53,143 nt of DNA. Origin: a virus (lineage: Duplodnaviria > Caudoviricetes). Of the stretch, positions 26,982-36,089 are shown one piece after another. The stretch's first letter is position 1, and each line of letters opens with the position of its first letter. The position numbers were made by a program, and so were the translations under genes. A model generated the notes under the pieces. The model was not told the origin of the DNA. It ran no database searches and saw only the letters and a program-made list of their open reading frames with translations. The DNA lies in the IMG/VR virus record IMGVR_UViG_3300031660_000005, positions 1-53,143 of that record; one strand, 5' to 3'.

Positions 26982-27638
26982 TTATACGTATTCGCAAAAG
27001 TTTTTACATGGACACCAGTTACATAACCCACTTGGTTTAGCTGGCCATCTGTTTGTTTCCAAGGACTTTTCTATCCGTACTACCTTGCGCATAAGGCGTG
27101 ACCAAAGGTCTGGTTCATCCGCTCTAGTGTATGCTTCGTTATCCATGGACAAATCCTTGAGCCATACGAACGCAGTGCGCACACGCTTCACCTCTGGGTA
27201 GTGCTTGAACACCTGTAGTGCGAACAATTCTAGCTGTGAGAAATCAGGTCTGCGCTTGCCTGTCTTCCAATCAAACATCACAGCCTCGTCCCCTTGAACC
27301 ACCAGTACGTCCACAATAGACCGCATCCATGCGTCCTTAGCGTACCAGCTTGTGATCTCTAGCTTCTCGTTAAGCGTAAGCTGTTGCTCCACTAGTAGTT
27401 CGCCGCCCGTAGCTAGCTTAATGATCGACTGGCATAGCGGATCGTAACGAGCAACCTCTTGTGGTAACTCTGTCGCCTTAGCTAACCGGTCTTCGAGAAA
27501 CTTGTGTACACGCTCACCCCATATAGTAGCTTCGCCACCTTGGTCTTTGACTTCCTTGAGTATACGCTGATGGTAGTATCTCTTCGGACAATTCTCATAC
27601 ATCTTGAGTGCCGAAAACGAATGTGATAGATTTGTCAC
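26982..27638 (-). CDS. PD-(D/E)XK exonuclease, Cas4/RecB-like
   Basis: SFS..YENCPKRY, GERVH, VDV..FDWKTG, QLELFA, C-terminal CNWCPCKNFC. Confidence 0.88.
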   Translation of the reverse strand: MTNLSHSFSALKMYENCPKRYYHQRILKEVKDQGGEATIWGERVHKFLEDRLAKATELPQEVARYDPLCQSIIKLATGGELLVEQQLTLNEKLEITSWYAKDAWMRSIVDVLVVQGDEAVMFDWKTGKRRPDFSQLELFALQVFKHYPEVKRVRTAFVWLKDLSMDNEAYTRADEPDLWSRLMRKVVRIEKSLETNRWPAKPSGLCNWCPCKNFCEYV

Positions 27639-29467
27639 TTAGCTTCTCCGTAATTAACACCGATGTCTGCCTCGCAAGCCACAGGTAAATCCATTGCCCA
27701 TGAGGGGGGAGTAGACATTACCTGTACCATAAAGTCCTTGGCTTCCTCAGCTTTATCTTCGTCTACTATACATACTACTTCGTCGTGTACTTGCAGGGCT
27801 ACGTGGTACTCACGTCCTATAGCTACCATCTGCTCGGCCACAACTATACGGGCAACAGCTTGTGTTATGTTCTCTACTACCTTACCGCCGTATATCTTTG
27901 TCCAGTTGGCCCCTTCCATGTGCCTGTTCTTATACGATCTAGCGTCATTAATATACTCGTATCCGTCCTCGCCTCTACGCATAGCGGGGTATCGTATGTA
28001 TAAACCATTGGGCATCCTGATACCTTCTGCATCATAGTCTAGTATACTACACACCTGTCCTGACCCGCCTGATGTTATGTCTTTTATTACATGGTTGCAT
28101 CTGTTCCAGAGCGATACGATCTTATGGTTCTTGTTACGGTACAAATCTACAACACGTCTGGCTTCGCCTTCATCTACTGTAACTGAGGGGAACCCTGACT
28201 TCAGTGACGCTTGGAACTTCGGTGCGCCCATACCATAGCCCAACCCAAGTATAGCTGTCTTACCTACGTGTCGCTCCAACTTGTCTGTCTTACTAACAGG
28301 CTTACCGTATACATCGGTAGCGAACTCAGAGTACACATCATTAGCATCTCTGAACGATTGTAGTAAGTCTTTCTGGTCTGCTAAGTACGCAACCATCCTA
28401 GCCTCGATCTGTGAAGAGTCACACGCCACAACGAGTTGTCCCTTGGGTGCAGTCAAAGCCGCCCGCAGCTTACCGTTTCGCGGTAGGTTCTGTAGGTTAA
28501 CCTTGTCACCCCCACTAAACCTACCTGTATGCGCTCCGTAATAGTTTAGCATGATAGGTAGTGGACCACGATCAGCGATACCCATGAAAGATACAGTCCT
28601 AGTCTCGTCTATAGTAGACTTAACACCTAGCCTAGCCTCGACCACCGCACGTACTGACGGCTTACTATGGTTAAGTAATGCCTTGAACTCTTGGTCAGTC
28701 TTGGCAAACGCAAAGGCTTCCTTGCCTGTCCTAGCACTAATCTTAGTTGGCGGCTCTACACCCAGTGCGGTCAAGAGACCAGCGAACTTGGGGTTGGACA
28801 TCAGTATGTCCTTAGCTTTCTCTTCACCGCCGAGCTTATCAAGTAGCGCCTTCTTGCGCTCCCGAATAAGTTGTAGGTGTTCCACCAACACGTCGTAGTC
28901 TAACTCTATCTTAGGTTCAGTATACATACGGAGGGTCTGGTCTATCACCATTAGCTCAGCCTTGGGGAAACCCTTAGCAAGTTTCTTAAACAGTTTGTAT
29001 GTTAGCTCAACGTCTTGCACGCAGTACTCTGCGTAACGGTCCATCTCTTCTTCTGTAAAATCTTTGCGGCGTCTGCCGAGGTTGTTCTGTACTTCGTTGC
29101 CCTTCTGACCTAGCTCATAGTGATCGGTTAGTTTTTTAAGCGAACCGCCTACTGTCATCTGGTGCTTGGGTCTTGCCATAGATAGCGTGTCTAACCACAA
29201 CTTAGGTTTGATCTTAAACCGCCAACTCAATATGGCCCCGTCGAACGCAGTGTTATGGCACAGTATAGCTTTGTTACTGTAGTCCATAGAGTGTAGGAAC
29301 CTGCCCGTATCCTCACCAGTGTACCAATCTGTATCGTGGTCATTAACCTTAACTGCTACCCCGATAACTTCAAATCGTGGGTCACGTACATATGCTTCAG
29401 TAGTCATCCTCGAAAGGCTGTACTCTCTGTCGTAGTATGTTTCGAAGTCCAAGGTCACTATGTCCAT
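27635..29467 (-). CDS. polA: Family A DNA polymerase with 3'-5' exonuclease
   Basis: LDFET, HNTAFD, YCVQD exonuclease motifs; HTGRFS, NLQN, DSSQIEAR (A), RHVGKTAILGLGYG (B), QVHDE (C). Confidence 0.95.
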   Translation of the reverse strand: MDIVTLDFETYYDREYSLSRMTTEAYVRDPRFEVIGVAVKVNDHDTDWYTGEDTGRFLHSMDYSNKAILCHNTAFDGAILSWRFKIKPKLWLDTLSMARPKHQMTVGGSLKKLTDHYELGQKGNEVQNNLGRRRKDFTEEEMDRYAEYCVQDVELTYKLFKKLAKGFPKAELMVIDQTLRMYTEPKIELDYDVLVEHLQLIRERKKALLDKLGGEEKAKDILMSNPKFAGLLTALGVEPPTKISARTGKEAFAFAKTDQEFKALLNHSKPSVRAVVEARLGVKSTIDETRTVSFMGIADRGPLPIMLNYYGAHTGRFSGGDKVNLQNLPRNGKLRAALTAPKGQLVVACDSSQIEARMVAYLADQKDLLQSFRDANDVYSEFATDVYGKPVSKTDKLERHVGKTAILGLGYGMGAPKFQASLKSGFPSVTVDEGEARRVVDLYRNKNHKIVSLWNRCNHVIKDITSGGSGQVCSILDYDAEGIRMPNGLYIRYPAMRRGEDGYEYINDARSYKNRHMEGANWTKIYGGKVVENITQAVARIVVAEQMVAIGREYHVALQVHDEVVCIVDEDKAEEAKDFMVQVMSTPPSWAMDLPVACEADIGVNYGEAK

Positions 29468-29565
29468 CGTCGTCCCCCCAAGGTGGTGCTACCAGTGTTA
29501 CTTTCATGTTGTCGAACTGGGCATAGTAAACACCCAGCTCCCTTTTTATTTTGGCTAATGCCTTC

Positions 29566-30015
29566 TTAGTCGGTTGCAAGCTCACCACCACAGGCCATGT
29601 ATCCAGCACCATCAACCCAGTTGTCTAAGTGTGCAGGGTTGGACTTGATACGCGCCGTCTTCAACAACGTCATCATTGCACCAACATCATACGGTTTGAT
29701 TTCCTTACCTAAGTATACAGACCATAGCCCTGCGATCATAGAAAAGTTATCTTCCATGTTACCGTGGTCAGCCGCACGATCCTTGGTCACGTACTTCCTA
29801 GCTAAGTCCAACACAGTACCGCGTGTTGTCAGTACTATAGGGGGTATGCTCGGCGCTTTAGCCTCCGCTTCAAACACTTCTTTCGGTGTGCTTATCTTCT
29901 GCATCAGCTTATATACGTACCCATAAGACGCCTTGGTAGCCTTAGCTACTTCACTCACAGTAGCCGTTGGATGGTCAACTTTATACGACCATATCTTTTG
30001 TTGTTTCTTAGTCAT
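29566..30015 (-). CDS. N-terminal HTH-like region fused to a DUF6378-like domain
   Basis: ATVSEVAKATKASYGYVYK, then DRAADHG..NFSMIAGLWS..LLKTAR..DNWVDGAGY. Confidence 0.7.
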   Translation of the reverse strand: MTKKQQKIWSYKVDHPTATVSEVAKATKASYGYVYKLMQKISTPKEVFEAEAKAPSIPPIVLTTRGTVLDLARKYVTKDRAADHGNMEDNFSMIAGLWSVYLGKEIKPYDVGAMMTLLKTARIKSNPAHLDNWVDGAGYMACGGELATD

Positions 30016-30024
30016 GTTACTCTC

Positions 30025-30219
30025 CTAAATATTATACCCTGCTTCTCGCAGTTTTCTAACGTAAGTTTTAAGTTCCTCCCTTGCTATATCTAATTCCTTG
30101 TTGATACTGGGCCTTGCACCTGTGCGAAACTGATCCTCTTGCAACCTGTCAACTTGTTGTCTGAAGTATGTAAGTTGTTGCGAAGCTGATAACCCTAACT
30201 CCTCCCTACCCATACTCAC
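30025..30219 (-). CDS. Hypothetical protein
   Basis: Small helical ORF packed into the operon; ATG alternative at 30213. Confidence 0.7.
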   Translation of the reverse strand: MSMGREELGLSASQQLTYFRQQVDRLQEDQFRTGARPSINKELDIAREELKTYVRKLREAGYNI

Positions 30220-30397
30220 ACTCCTCGACTGTGCCGTCTTCTACATCCTCATCGTCTACATCTATACGACCAGACCCATTACAGTTTTCGCACTGTGTTT
30301 TGTAGTCCTCATAGTAACCGCCTGTAGGTCCGACAACTACGAAGCGTTCGTACAAAGCCTCGCCTTCGCCGTTACATTCTGGACAATTAACCCTCAT
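30206..30397 (-). CDS. Small DnaJ-type CxxCxGxG zinc-finger protein
   Basis: CPECNGEG and CENCNGSG; ATG 30397 overlaps the upstream stop (ATGA). Confidence 0.8.
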   Translation of the reverse strand: MRVNCPECNGEGEALYERFVVVGPTGGYYEDYKTQCENCNGSGRIDVDDEDVEDGTVEECEYG

Positions 30398-30594
30398 ATG
30401 TTTTCTCCTCTGTGCCATTTTATATCAGAGAGTAACCCTGACTTATCCCTAGTTAGTTTCGCTAGCTTTATGGATAGCTTTGCAAGCTCACTGTTCTGCT
30501 TAGAGTTCTTACTCCTAAGTACAAGTATCTGTGCATCTTTGCGTTCTAGCAACTCTTTTACTTCCCGTGCGGTATATGTGTTATCACCGTTCAT
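30394..30594 (-). CDS. Hypothetical coiled-coil protein
   Basis: 66 aa with ATGA overlaps at both ends. Confidence 0.7.
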   Translation of the reverse strand: MNGDNTYTAREVKELLERKDAQILVLRSKNSKQNSELAKLSIKLAKLTRDKSGLLSDIKWHRGENI

Positions 30595-31391
30595 TTATTT
30601 CCCTCTCCGAAAACACCAAATTTCTTCCGTAACGCTATGCTCTGTGTATTTAGTACGTTATTAGTATATACCGCTACATCAGACCCATTTAGCTTCGCCC
30701 TATTATAGTATCCCGCGCTGTAAGTCGCACCTTCCACTAGCATACGCATCATGTCCGTAGGATGTTCGTTATTCTTAATACAGTTGTAAAGTATGTCAAG
30801 TTCTTCTTTCCTATCCCAGAGGGGCGATCTGAGAGTGGACGGTGGAGAAGCTGTCTTGATCAGACTATCAAACCCTCCTACCCTAGCTCGTACCTTCACA
30901 CCTCTCTTCCAAGCCCGTAGTGACCGCAACCATATCGTCCTGCGCTCTGGAACTACTTGGGTTATTAGGTCTGGTCTTCTGTTAAGGCACTCACCAGTTA
31001 ACATATTGAATTGAATACCTTCAAAGAACTCTGGTGCATTCTTACGATTCACCCTGTACTCCTCCCAGCTATGTTGATGCCTTGGCTCAGTCATGTGATA
31101 TACCAGATGTCTATTAACAGCCTTACGCTCCCATACAAAAGGTATGCAATCATCAAGCGCCATTGATAACGTGTTGCCTATATACTTGCGGTCAGTTTCA
31201 TTTAGGGTAAACGTCAACGTGTTGTCAGGAGATAAACATAATAGCTTCCTACCATGAACGTAAAGGTCATAGCTCTTGTCGTAGTTATTAAAGAACAACC
31301 TACCGAAAGACCGCACTGGCTTGCCTTTAGATGGGGTACGCACACCCTTAAAGTGTGCGCTTGCTGAGTTATAATCGTGGAATACACTCAT
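30591..31391 (-). CDS. Hypothetical early protein
   Basis: Long ORF; start set at ATG 31391 (MSVFHDYN), just after the upstream stop. Confidence 0.8.
   Translation of the reverse strand: MSVFHDYNSASAHFKGVRTPSKGKPVRSFGRLFFNNYDKSYDLYVHGRKLLCLSPDNTLTFTLNETDRKYIGNTLSMALDDCIPFVWERKAVNRHLVYHMTEPRHQHSWEEYRVNRKNAPEFFEGIQFNMLTGECLNRRPDLITQVVPERRTIWLRSLRAWKRGVKVRARVGGFDSLIKTASPPSTLRSPLWDRKEELDILYNCIKNNEHPTDMMRMLVEGATYSAGYYNRAKLNGSDVAVYTNNVLNTQSIALRKKFGVFGEGNK
30785..30802. promoter_or_regulatory. Operator-like 18-mer TGTAAAGTATGTCAAGTT inside CDS
   Basis: Exact copy of 26961-26978. Confidence 0.5.
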
Positions 31392-31392
31392 A

Positions 31393-32079
31393 TTATTTAA
31401 CCAACTTTGCCATAGTAACAGCGGCAGTAAGGCTAGATGTATCCATATCAAGAACCACTGGCTTGATAACTTTACGCTCCACAATCTCTTTGTGTTTCTC
31501 TTGCTTTTCCCTAGGGATCAAGTCCCACAGTGGGGGCCAAGCCTTGAGTGCTGGTGCTAGTGTAGAGAAGTTCTTAATAATATCCTCGACACCTTTTACA
31601 AACGCCACGCGCTTCGCTTTAGCATCATGTATTCGATAGCAGTACTCTACAAACTCCTGTTCTAAACCTTCGAACCTAGAGTCACCAACCGCTATGCTTA
31701 TGCCACTATACGATAGCTTAGCTCCTGACTGTACAAAGGCTACACTATGGGGGAACGGTAGGTGTGATATACTACTCAGCTGTGCAGTAATATTACGGGC
31801 ATAGAAATCTCCTTCAGCGGAAGTAACATCTAGCCTATGTCTGTCCCCTGACGCATCTAAGAAACCATCTAAGGTGAGCCTATCATACGTCCTAAAGAAA
31901 CCAGTGGGTAGTGATTGCATGATAGCCTGTGTAGTGGCGCTAAACATACCGTCGTATATTCTCTGCCCCCAATCTGCTGGTACGCTCTCCTCAGCCTTTT
32001 GTATAGCTGGTTCGTGTAGCTTCCTAGCTGATGCTTTAATGTTGCTTACTAGTTCGTCACTAAATCTTACTGTAGCCAT
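31393..32079 (-). CDS. Hypothetical protein (weak resemblance to Nmad5-type C-terminal motif)
   Basis: 228 aa, AGGAGG RBS, STLAPALKAWP motif. Confidence 0.75.
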   Translation of the reverse strand: MATVRFSDELVSNIKASARKLHEPAIQKAEESVPADWGQRIYDGMFSATTQAIMQSLPTGFFRTYDRLTLDGFLDASGDRHRLDVTSAEGDFYARNITAQLSSISHLPFPHSVAFVQSGAKLSYSGISIAVGDSRFEGLEQEFVEYCYRIHDAKAKRVAFVKGVEDIIKNFSTLAPALKAWPPLWDLIPREKQEKHKEIVERKVIKPVVLDMDTSSLTAAVTMAKLVK

Positions 32080-32088
32080 TGTGTCCTC

Positions 32089-32301
32089 CTAAGACTTTGT
32101 TTTGCGAACAAGTAGTTCGCCATGTGTGTTAACCTTCGCCTCTGCATCGCCTTGAGCGATTTCAAATAGTACTCCTTCTAAAAAAGTTACTTGTTCATGT
32201 ACCAACTTGGTATCTCGGTGGGTTAGGTAGATAAAAGCGGCATTGCCAATGAAGAGTGCCACTAGTATTAGTATGTGGTCTAACGTGAGTGTTACTTCCA
32301 T
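32089..32301 (-). CDS. Small membrane protein
   Basis: TAATG-coupled to the vWA gene; ILILVALFIGNAAFIYL helix. Confidence 0.7.
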   Translation of the reverse strand: MEVTLTLDHILILVALFIGNAAFIYLTHRDTKLVHEQVTFLEGVLFEIAQGDAEAKVNTHGELLVRKTKS

Positions 32302-33410
32302 TACATCATCACCACTTCGCCAAAGGGTGCTGTGTCTAGTTCCGTTGATACCCATAGTACAGGGTAGTCAGGTGCGTCTCCCCAATCATTGCAACATAAG
32401 TCAGTCAACACAATAGCCACAACAGGTTGTATGTCGTTGTCCTCTATGAACTCCCATAGTGGGCTGAACGCTGTACCGCCACCACCATGAGGTTGCATGG
32501 TAACCTCGTCATTAGGCAGGAATGTATCGTGGTGAGACACACTACTATCGAAGTAGATAACGTGTAGCTTGGTAGGGTGTAGGTCACGATGTACCTTACT
32601 TACCTCAGCGTTGAACTGTGCTATCTGTTGATCGTTTATAGAGCCTGAGCAGTCTACGAAAAACACACACTCACCTAGCACCTCACCAGTTCGAGAGGGT
32701 AGGAACAACCCTTGAGTAGAAAACCTACGATTAGGTCTGGCAAAGGTACGGTCTTCAGTCTTACATTTCTCCACAAACGGATGTAATACATCCTCCCAAC
32801 GCACCTTGTGCTGTAGTACCTCACCTACCATGCGCTCCATACCAGCACTCAACTTACCAGCCATCTTAGCGGCTTGTGCGGCTTGTGCTATCTTGATACG
32901 CCACTCTGCCTCCTGTTGTTCTTGGTCTGCCTCGCCGCCTTCGGGCTGTCCTATGTCTTGACCGATACCTTTATCACCATCAGGGCCATCAGGCCCATCG
33001 GGATCATCTGGCAACAAGTTGTACACACCGTCAGTAGTACCGTTACCCTTGTCGAATAGGTCTTTGTCTAGGCAACCACCTTCGATGAAGTCACCTATCC
33101 CCTCGTCCTTGAGCATCTGATTGATGATGATGTCACCAGCTATGTTCCACTTTCTAGGATCACGTCCCATTAGCCGCCATATATGACCTAGCATGGGGTG
33201 GAAGCACTCATGTGCTACAAGGAATACTATGTTACCATCGCTCAGTGAGGCAACAAAATCTGGGTTATACCTAACCACTGCACCGTTAGTACAAGCAGTA
33301 GGTATAGTATCGTCCAGCTTGGTGGGCATATTGAGAGCAATAGCACCGAAAAACGGATGCTCTAGTATCAGTGACGTCTTAGCCTTTGATATTCGTTGTA
33401 GTATGTCCAT
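32301..33410 (-). CDS. Metallopeptidase-like (DUF2201-type) plus vWA domain protein
   Basis: AHECFH (HExxH), acidic DGP linker, MIDAS DCSGS, GGGTAF and LTD. Confidence 0.88.
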   Translation of the reverse strand: MDILQRISKAKTSLILEHPFFGAIALNMPTKLDDTIPTACTNGAVVRYNPDFVASLSDGNIVFLVAHECFHPMLGHIWRLMGRDPRKWNIAGDIIINQMLKDEGIGDFIEGGCLDKDLFDKGNGTTDGVYNLLPDDPDGPDGPDGDKGIGQDIGQPEGGEADQEQQEAEWRIKIAQAAQAAKMAGKLSAGMERMVGEVLQHKVRWEDVLHPFVEKCKTEDRTFARPNRRFSTQGLFLPSRTGEVLGECVFFVDCSGSINDQQIAQFNAEVSKVHRDLHPTKLHVIYFDSSVSHHDTFLPNDEVTMQPHGGGGTAFSPLWEFIEDNDIQPVVAIVLTDLCCNDWGDAPDYPVLWVSTELDTAPFGEVVMM

Positions 33411-33586
33411 TATTTGTCCTCCTTATAATAGACTGTTAGGTCGAAGTAGAGCCTAGTCGGCTCCACCCCTATCTTGTTTAGCTTGGTGTTAATCACCTCC
33501 TCTATGTACAGCCTGTCGATATAGCTGATGCTGTGCGGTGCTACGTTTAGCTTGGTATCCCCTGCTCTAAACCACTTAGGTATCAA
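33410..33586 (-). CDS. Hypothetical 58 aa protein (not in ORF track)
   Basis: TTG overlaps the upstream TGA and its TAA overlaps the vWA ATG; MIPKWFRAGDTKLNVAPHSISYIDRLYIEEVINTKLNKIGVEPTRLYFDLTVYYKEDK. Confidence 0.6.
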   Translation of the reverse strand: MIPKWFRAGDTKLNVAPHSISYIDRLYIEEVINTKLNKIGVEPTRLYFDLTVYYKEDK

Positions 33587-34440
33587 ACTGATGCTCCCAT
33601 AAACGCACCCATCTTAGCCATGATGTCATTAGCCTCACCGCCCATTTCCCTACGTAGGTCAGGGTCATTACGTAATGCATCTGGATGGTGTCCTACTAGC
33701 TTACCCTCAACCTCTTGACGCATAGCCTCTAGGTTAGGGTCATCGGCAAAGTTAAGACGGGGTAAGATACTACACAGTTCAGTGATGTGGTCTAGTGTAG
33801 TGTTCTTGAACGTAGCAGTAGGATCGTTAAGCTTTTCTGACAGGTGCTTTACCCTATCATATAGCCGTTGCCATGCCTCGCCCATAGCATCCTGTGCGGC
33901 TTGCTTGGTAGTAGCCTGTATATCAGCACGTAGTAACGCTTCCTCTGCCTCACTAATACCGACACATCTAAAGTCATCGGCTGGTACGTTGGTAATACTC
34001 ATGGTCATACTAAACCTACGCCGTATGTCATCAGGGTGAGCGTAATCGTCTGGCTTGTATGAAGTACCTAGTAAAGACTGAGCATCCTGAACAAGTTGTG
34101 GGTACTGTGGGCAGAACCTATCCACCAGCACCTCGAACTCTGCCTTATGCTTACGGAACAAGGTCATAAAGTCTAAGTAGTTAGCACTAGGTAGCAGGGC
34201 TATACCCTTCATACCCCACGGTAATGTGTTAGTGTAAAAGCTAGTACGTATAAACGTGGCTTTCTGTTTGATATCCTTGAGTAGCTCGCTTGTAGGTAGT
34301 AGGGACTTATGTGTCCTCAAGGAACCCTCGACAGCACCATTGGCTATCGTATTGTCTAGGCTAATCTGTTTGTCTAGCTTGTTAAACGACGGTACAGATA
34401 TAGCTAGTGTGCCTAACAAGGCTTTATCGGTTAGCTTCAT
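33583..34440 (-). CDS. Helical hypothetical protein (DUF3150-like)
   Basis: 285 aa, GGAGG RBS, lies between the AAA and vWA genes. Family call rests on recalled resemblance and gene order. Confidence 0.65.
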   Translation of the reverse strand: MKLTDKALLGTLAISVPSFNKLDKQISLDNTIANGAVEGSLRTHKSLLPTSELLKDIKQKATFIRTSFYTNTLPWGMKGIALLPSANYLDFMTLFRKHKAEFEVLVDRFCPQYPQLVQDAQSLLGTSYKPDDYAHPDDIRRRFSMTMSITNVPADDFRCVGISEAEEALLRADIQATTKQAAQDAMGEAWQRLYDRVKHLSEKLNDPTATFKNTTLDHITELCSILPRLNFADDPNLEAMRQEVEGKLVGHHPDALRNDPDLRREMGGEANDIMAKMGAFMGASV

Positions 34441-34462
34441 TGTGTTACCTCCACTGGGTTGG

Positions 34463-35458
34463 TTAGAATAATACTTGTTGTTGATCTACTGACCACTTGT
34501 TGAACGCTTCAGTGTTCGCTAGCTCTGCATCACGCTTAACTGCTGTACTCATACAAAGAACGCTGAACTCTGCTGGCATCCTAGCAATATATAAGCACAG
34601 GTTAGCCATGGTCTTCTGAGTAACACGCTCTGCCAATGCACCAGATAAAGCATACAGCGTAGCTGATCCCTCTGGAACATCAGCCTTGAGAGGGTTGAGT
34701 AGTACAGTATCTGGGTTAGGTAGCTCACGGTATATACGCATGAAGCCAACGAACTCTGCCGCCGCACCCTCACCCACTGCACCCTTGAAGCACTCATACT
34801 CTGCCTCTGGTGGTACTACACCGATCACATTACTGACACCCTCCACCCAACTACGTGGTGTTGGATCAGCGCCGTCTATTGAAGGGTTACAATCATGTAA
34901 CAAAGCTGGACGGAAGTTAACAAACATAACTACTACTTGCTTGACACCTGATGTTATAGCCCAGTCAGTCCAGTCTGCTAGGTGTGTGTCGAATGGTAGC
35001 TCAGTCTCACGATTGGCTAGATGGGCAAGTGTTTTACTAGCACCAGCCCTGTCCTTGACCCTGTTACCTGTGGATATAATCATCCAGTTATCGGCCATAG
35101 GGACACCATGTAGCTCACGCTCTTGCTGTAAGTTGGCCATAGCTTTTTGCAGGTCATTACCTGCTTGGTTACGATCATCGAAGCACAGTATACCGCCCTT
35201 GCCATCGTCCCATGTTGAACCCTTAGCAGGGAACCAATCTGGTAGCTTGTAGTATAGTTGTGGCTTGTCGATCATAGGGACACCTAAGTCCTCCACTGGC
35301 ATAGTAGGCAAGTGACGTTGGATAAAGTGACAGCCCAACTCTTTGGCAACTTGTTGTACGGTCTGTGTTTTACCACCTCCGGGACTGCCTGTTACCACAC
35401 AAGGACGATTGATGACCTTCATAGCCTTTAGGGTTTCCTTCATAAGTGAAGCTCTCAT
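34463..35458 (-). CDS. MoxR-like AAA+ ATPase
   Basis: Walker A GSPGGGKT, Walker B ILCFDD, TGNR, LANR and PTPRSW. Confidence 0.88.
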   Translation of the reverse strand: MRASLMKETLKAMKVINRPCVVTGSPGGGKTQTVQQVAKELGCHFIQRHLPTMPVEDLGVPMIDKPQLYYKLPDWFPAKGSTWDDGKGGILCFDDRNQAGNDLQKAMANLQQERELHGVPMADNWMIISTGNRVKDRAGASKTLAHLANRETELPFDTHLADWTDWAITSGVKQVVVMFVNFRPALLHDCNPSIDGADPTPRSWVEGVSNVIGVVPPEAEYECFKGAVGEGAAAEFVGFMRIYRELPNPDTVLLNPLKADVPEGSATLYALSGALAERVTQKTMANLCLYIARMPAEFSVLCMSTAVKRDAELANTEAFNKWSVDQQQVLF

Positions 35459-35459
35459 A

Positions 35460-35651
35460 TTACATATCTCCTGCTATGTATTGGTTATGGTCTGGGCCTA
35501 CGGTAACAACAGCCTTGGGAAACGTAGCCTTGGAATTGTTACGTAGTAGTTTTGCAAAAGGCTTGTTATCAAAACAGATAGCTTTACCCTTGGCATCTTT
35601 AAGCATCGGCCCGTACGGGTATTCTCGTACAGCAAATAGTTGTTTAGGCAT
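35460..35651 (-). CDS. Hypothetical early protein
   Basis: ATG 35651 after AAGGAG; VTVGPDH motif. Confidence 0.7.
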   Translation of the reverse strand: MPKQLFAVREYPYGPMLKDAKGKAICFDNKPFAKLLRNNSKATFPKAVVTVGPDHNQYIAGDM

Positions 35652-35729
35652 ATTACTCTCCTTGGTTTGTCTCATCAGCACAGTAGTAACCAACTACTAT
35701 GGACAGGGCGTCACCCCTGTTTCGACTAG

Positions 35730-36089
35730 TTACGCTTGCCACCTACAGTCAGCACCTAACCTATCCATAGTTAGGTGCTTGTAACCGTTGATATACAGAT
35801 AATTCATTCGCTCAGCTGACAGATATGTAATGTTATCAACTAAGGGGTGAGCTTGAGATGTATGCTTACTGGTAGTACGGCTGTACTTAGTCTCGTTACC
35901 GAACCATGACTTAGCTAGTTCATCCCATATGTAGAGAGGCCAGTGATCGTAAGACCATACAACGTACTGTCGCTTGGAGTGGTAGTAGTCACCAGTAAGA
36001 GACGGCGGGTTGCTGTGGTTCTTGAACGGTAGGTGTTGCTTCACATAATATCTACAATCACCACCAGCTACGGTTACTTGCTTACTCAT
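35730..36089 (-). CDS. Hypothetical early protein
   Basis: 119 aa, YVVWSY..YSRTTSKH motif, GAGG RBS. Confidence 0.75.
   Translation of the reverse strand: MSKQVTVAGGDCRYYVKQHLPFKNHSNPPSLTGDYYHSKRQYVVWSYDHWPLYIWDELAKSWFGNETKYSRTTSKHTSQAHPLVDNITYLSAERMNYLYINGYKHLTMDRLGADCRWQA

Noticed and set aside
29397-29615. 72 aa ORF between the HTH/DUF6378-like gene and polA
   Set aside because: It overlaps both neighbours (about 70 bp into polA) and has no clear start. A shorter version may be real, but I cannot support it.
35703-35720. Hairpin ACAGGG..CCCTGT as a terminator
   Set aside because: 6 bp stem with no U-tract on the coding (-) strand; too weak to call.
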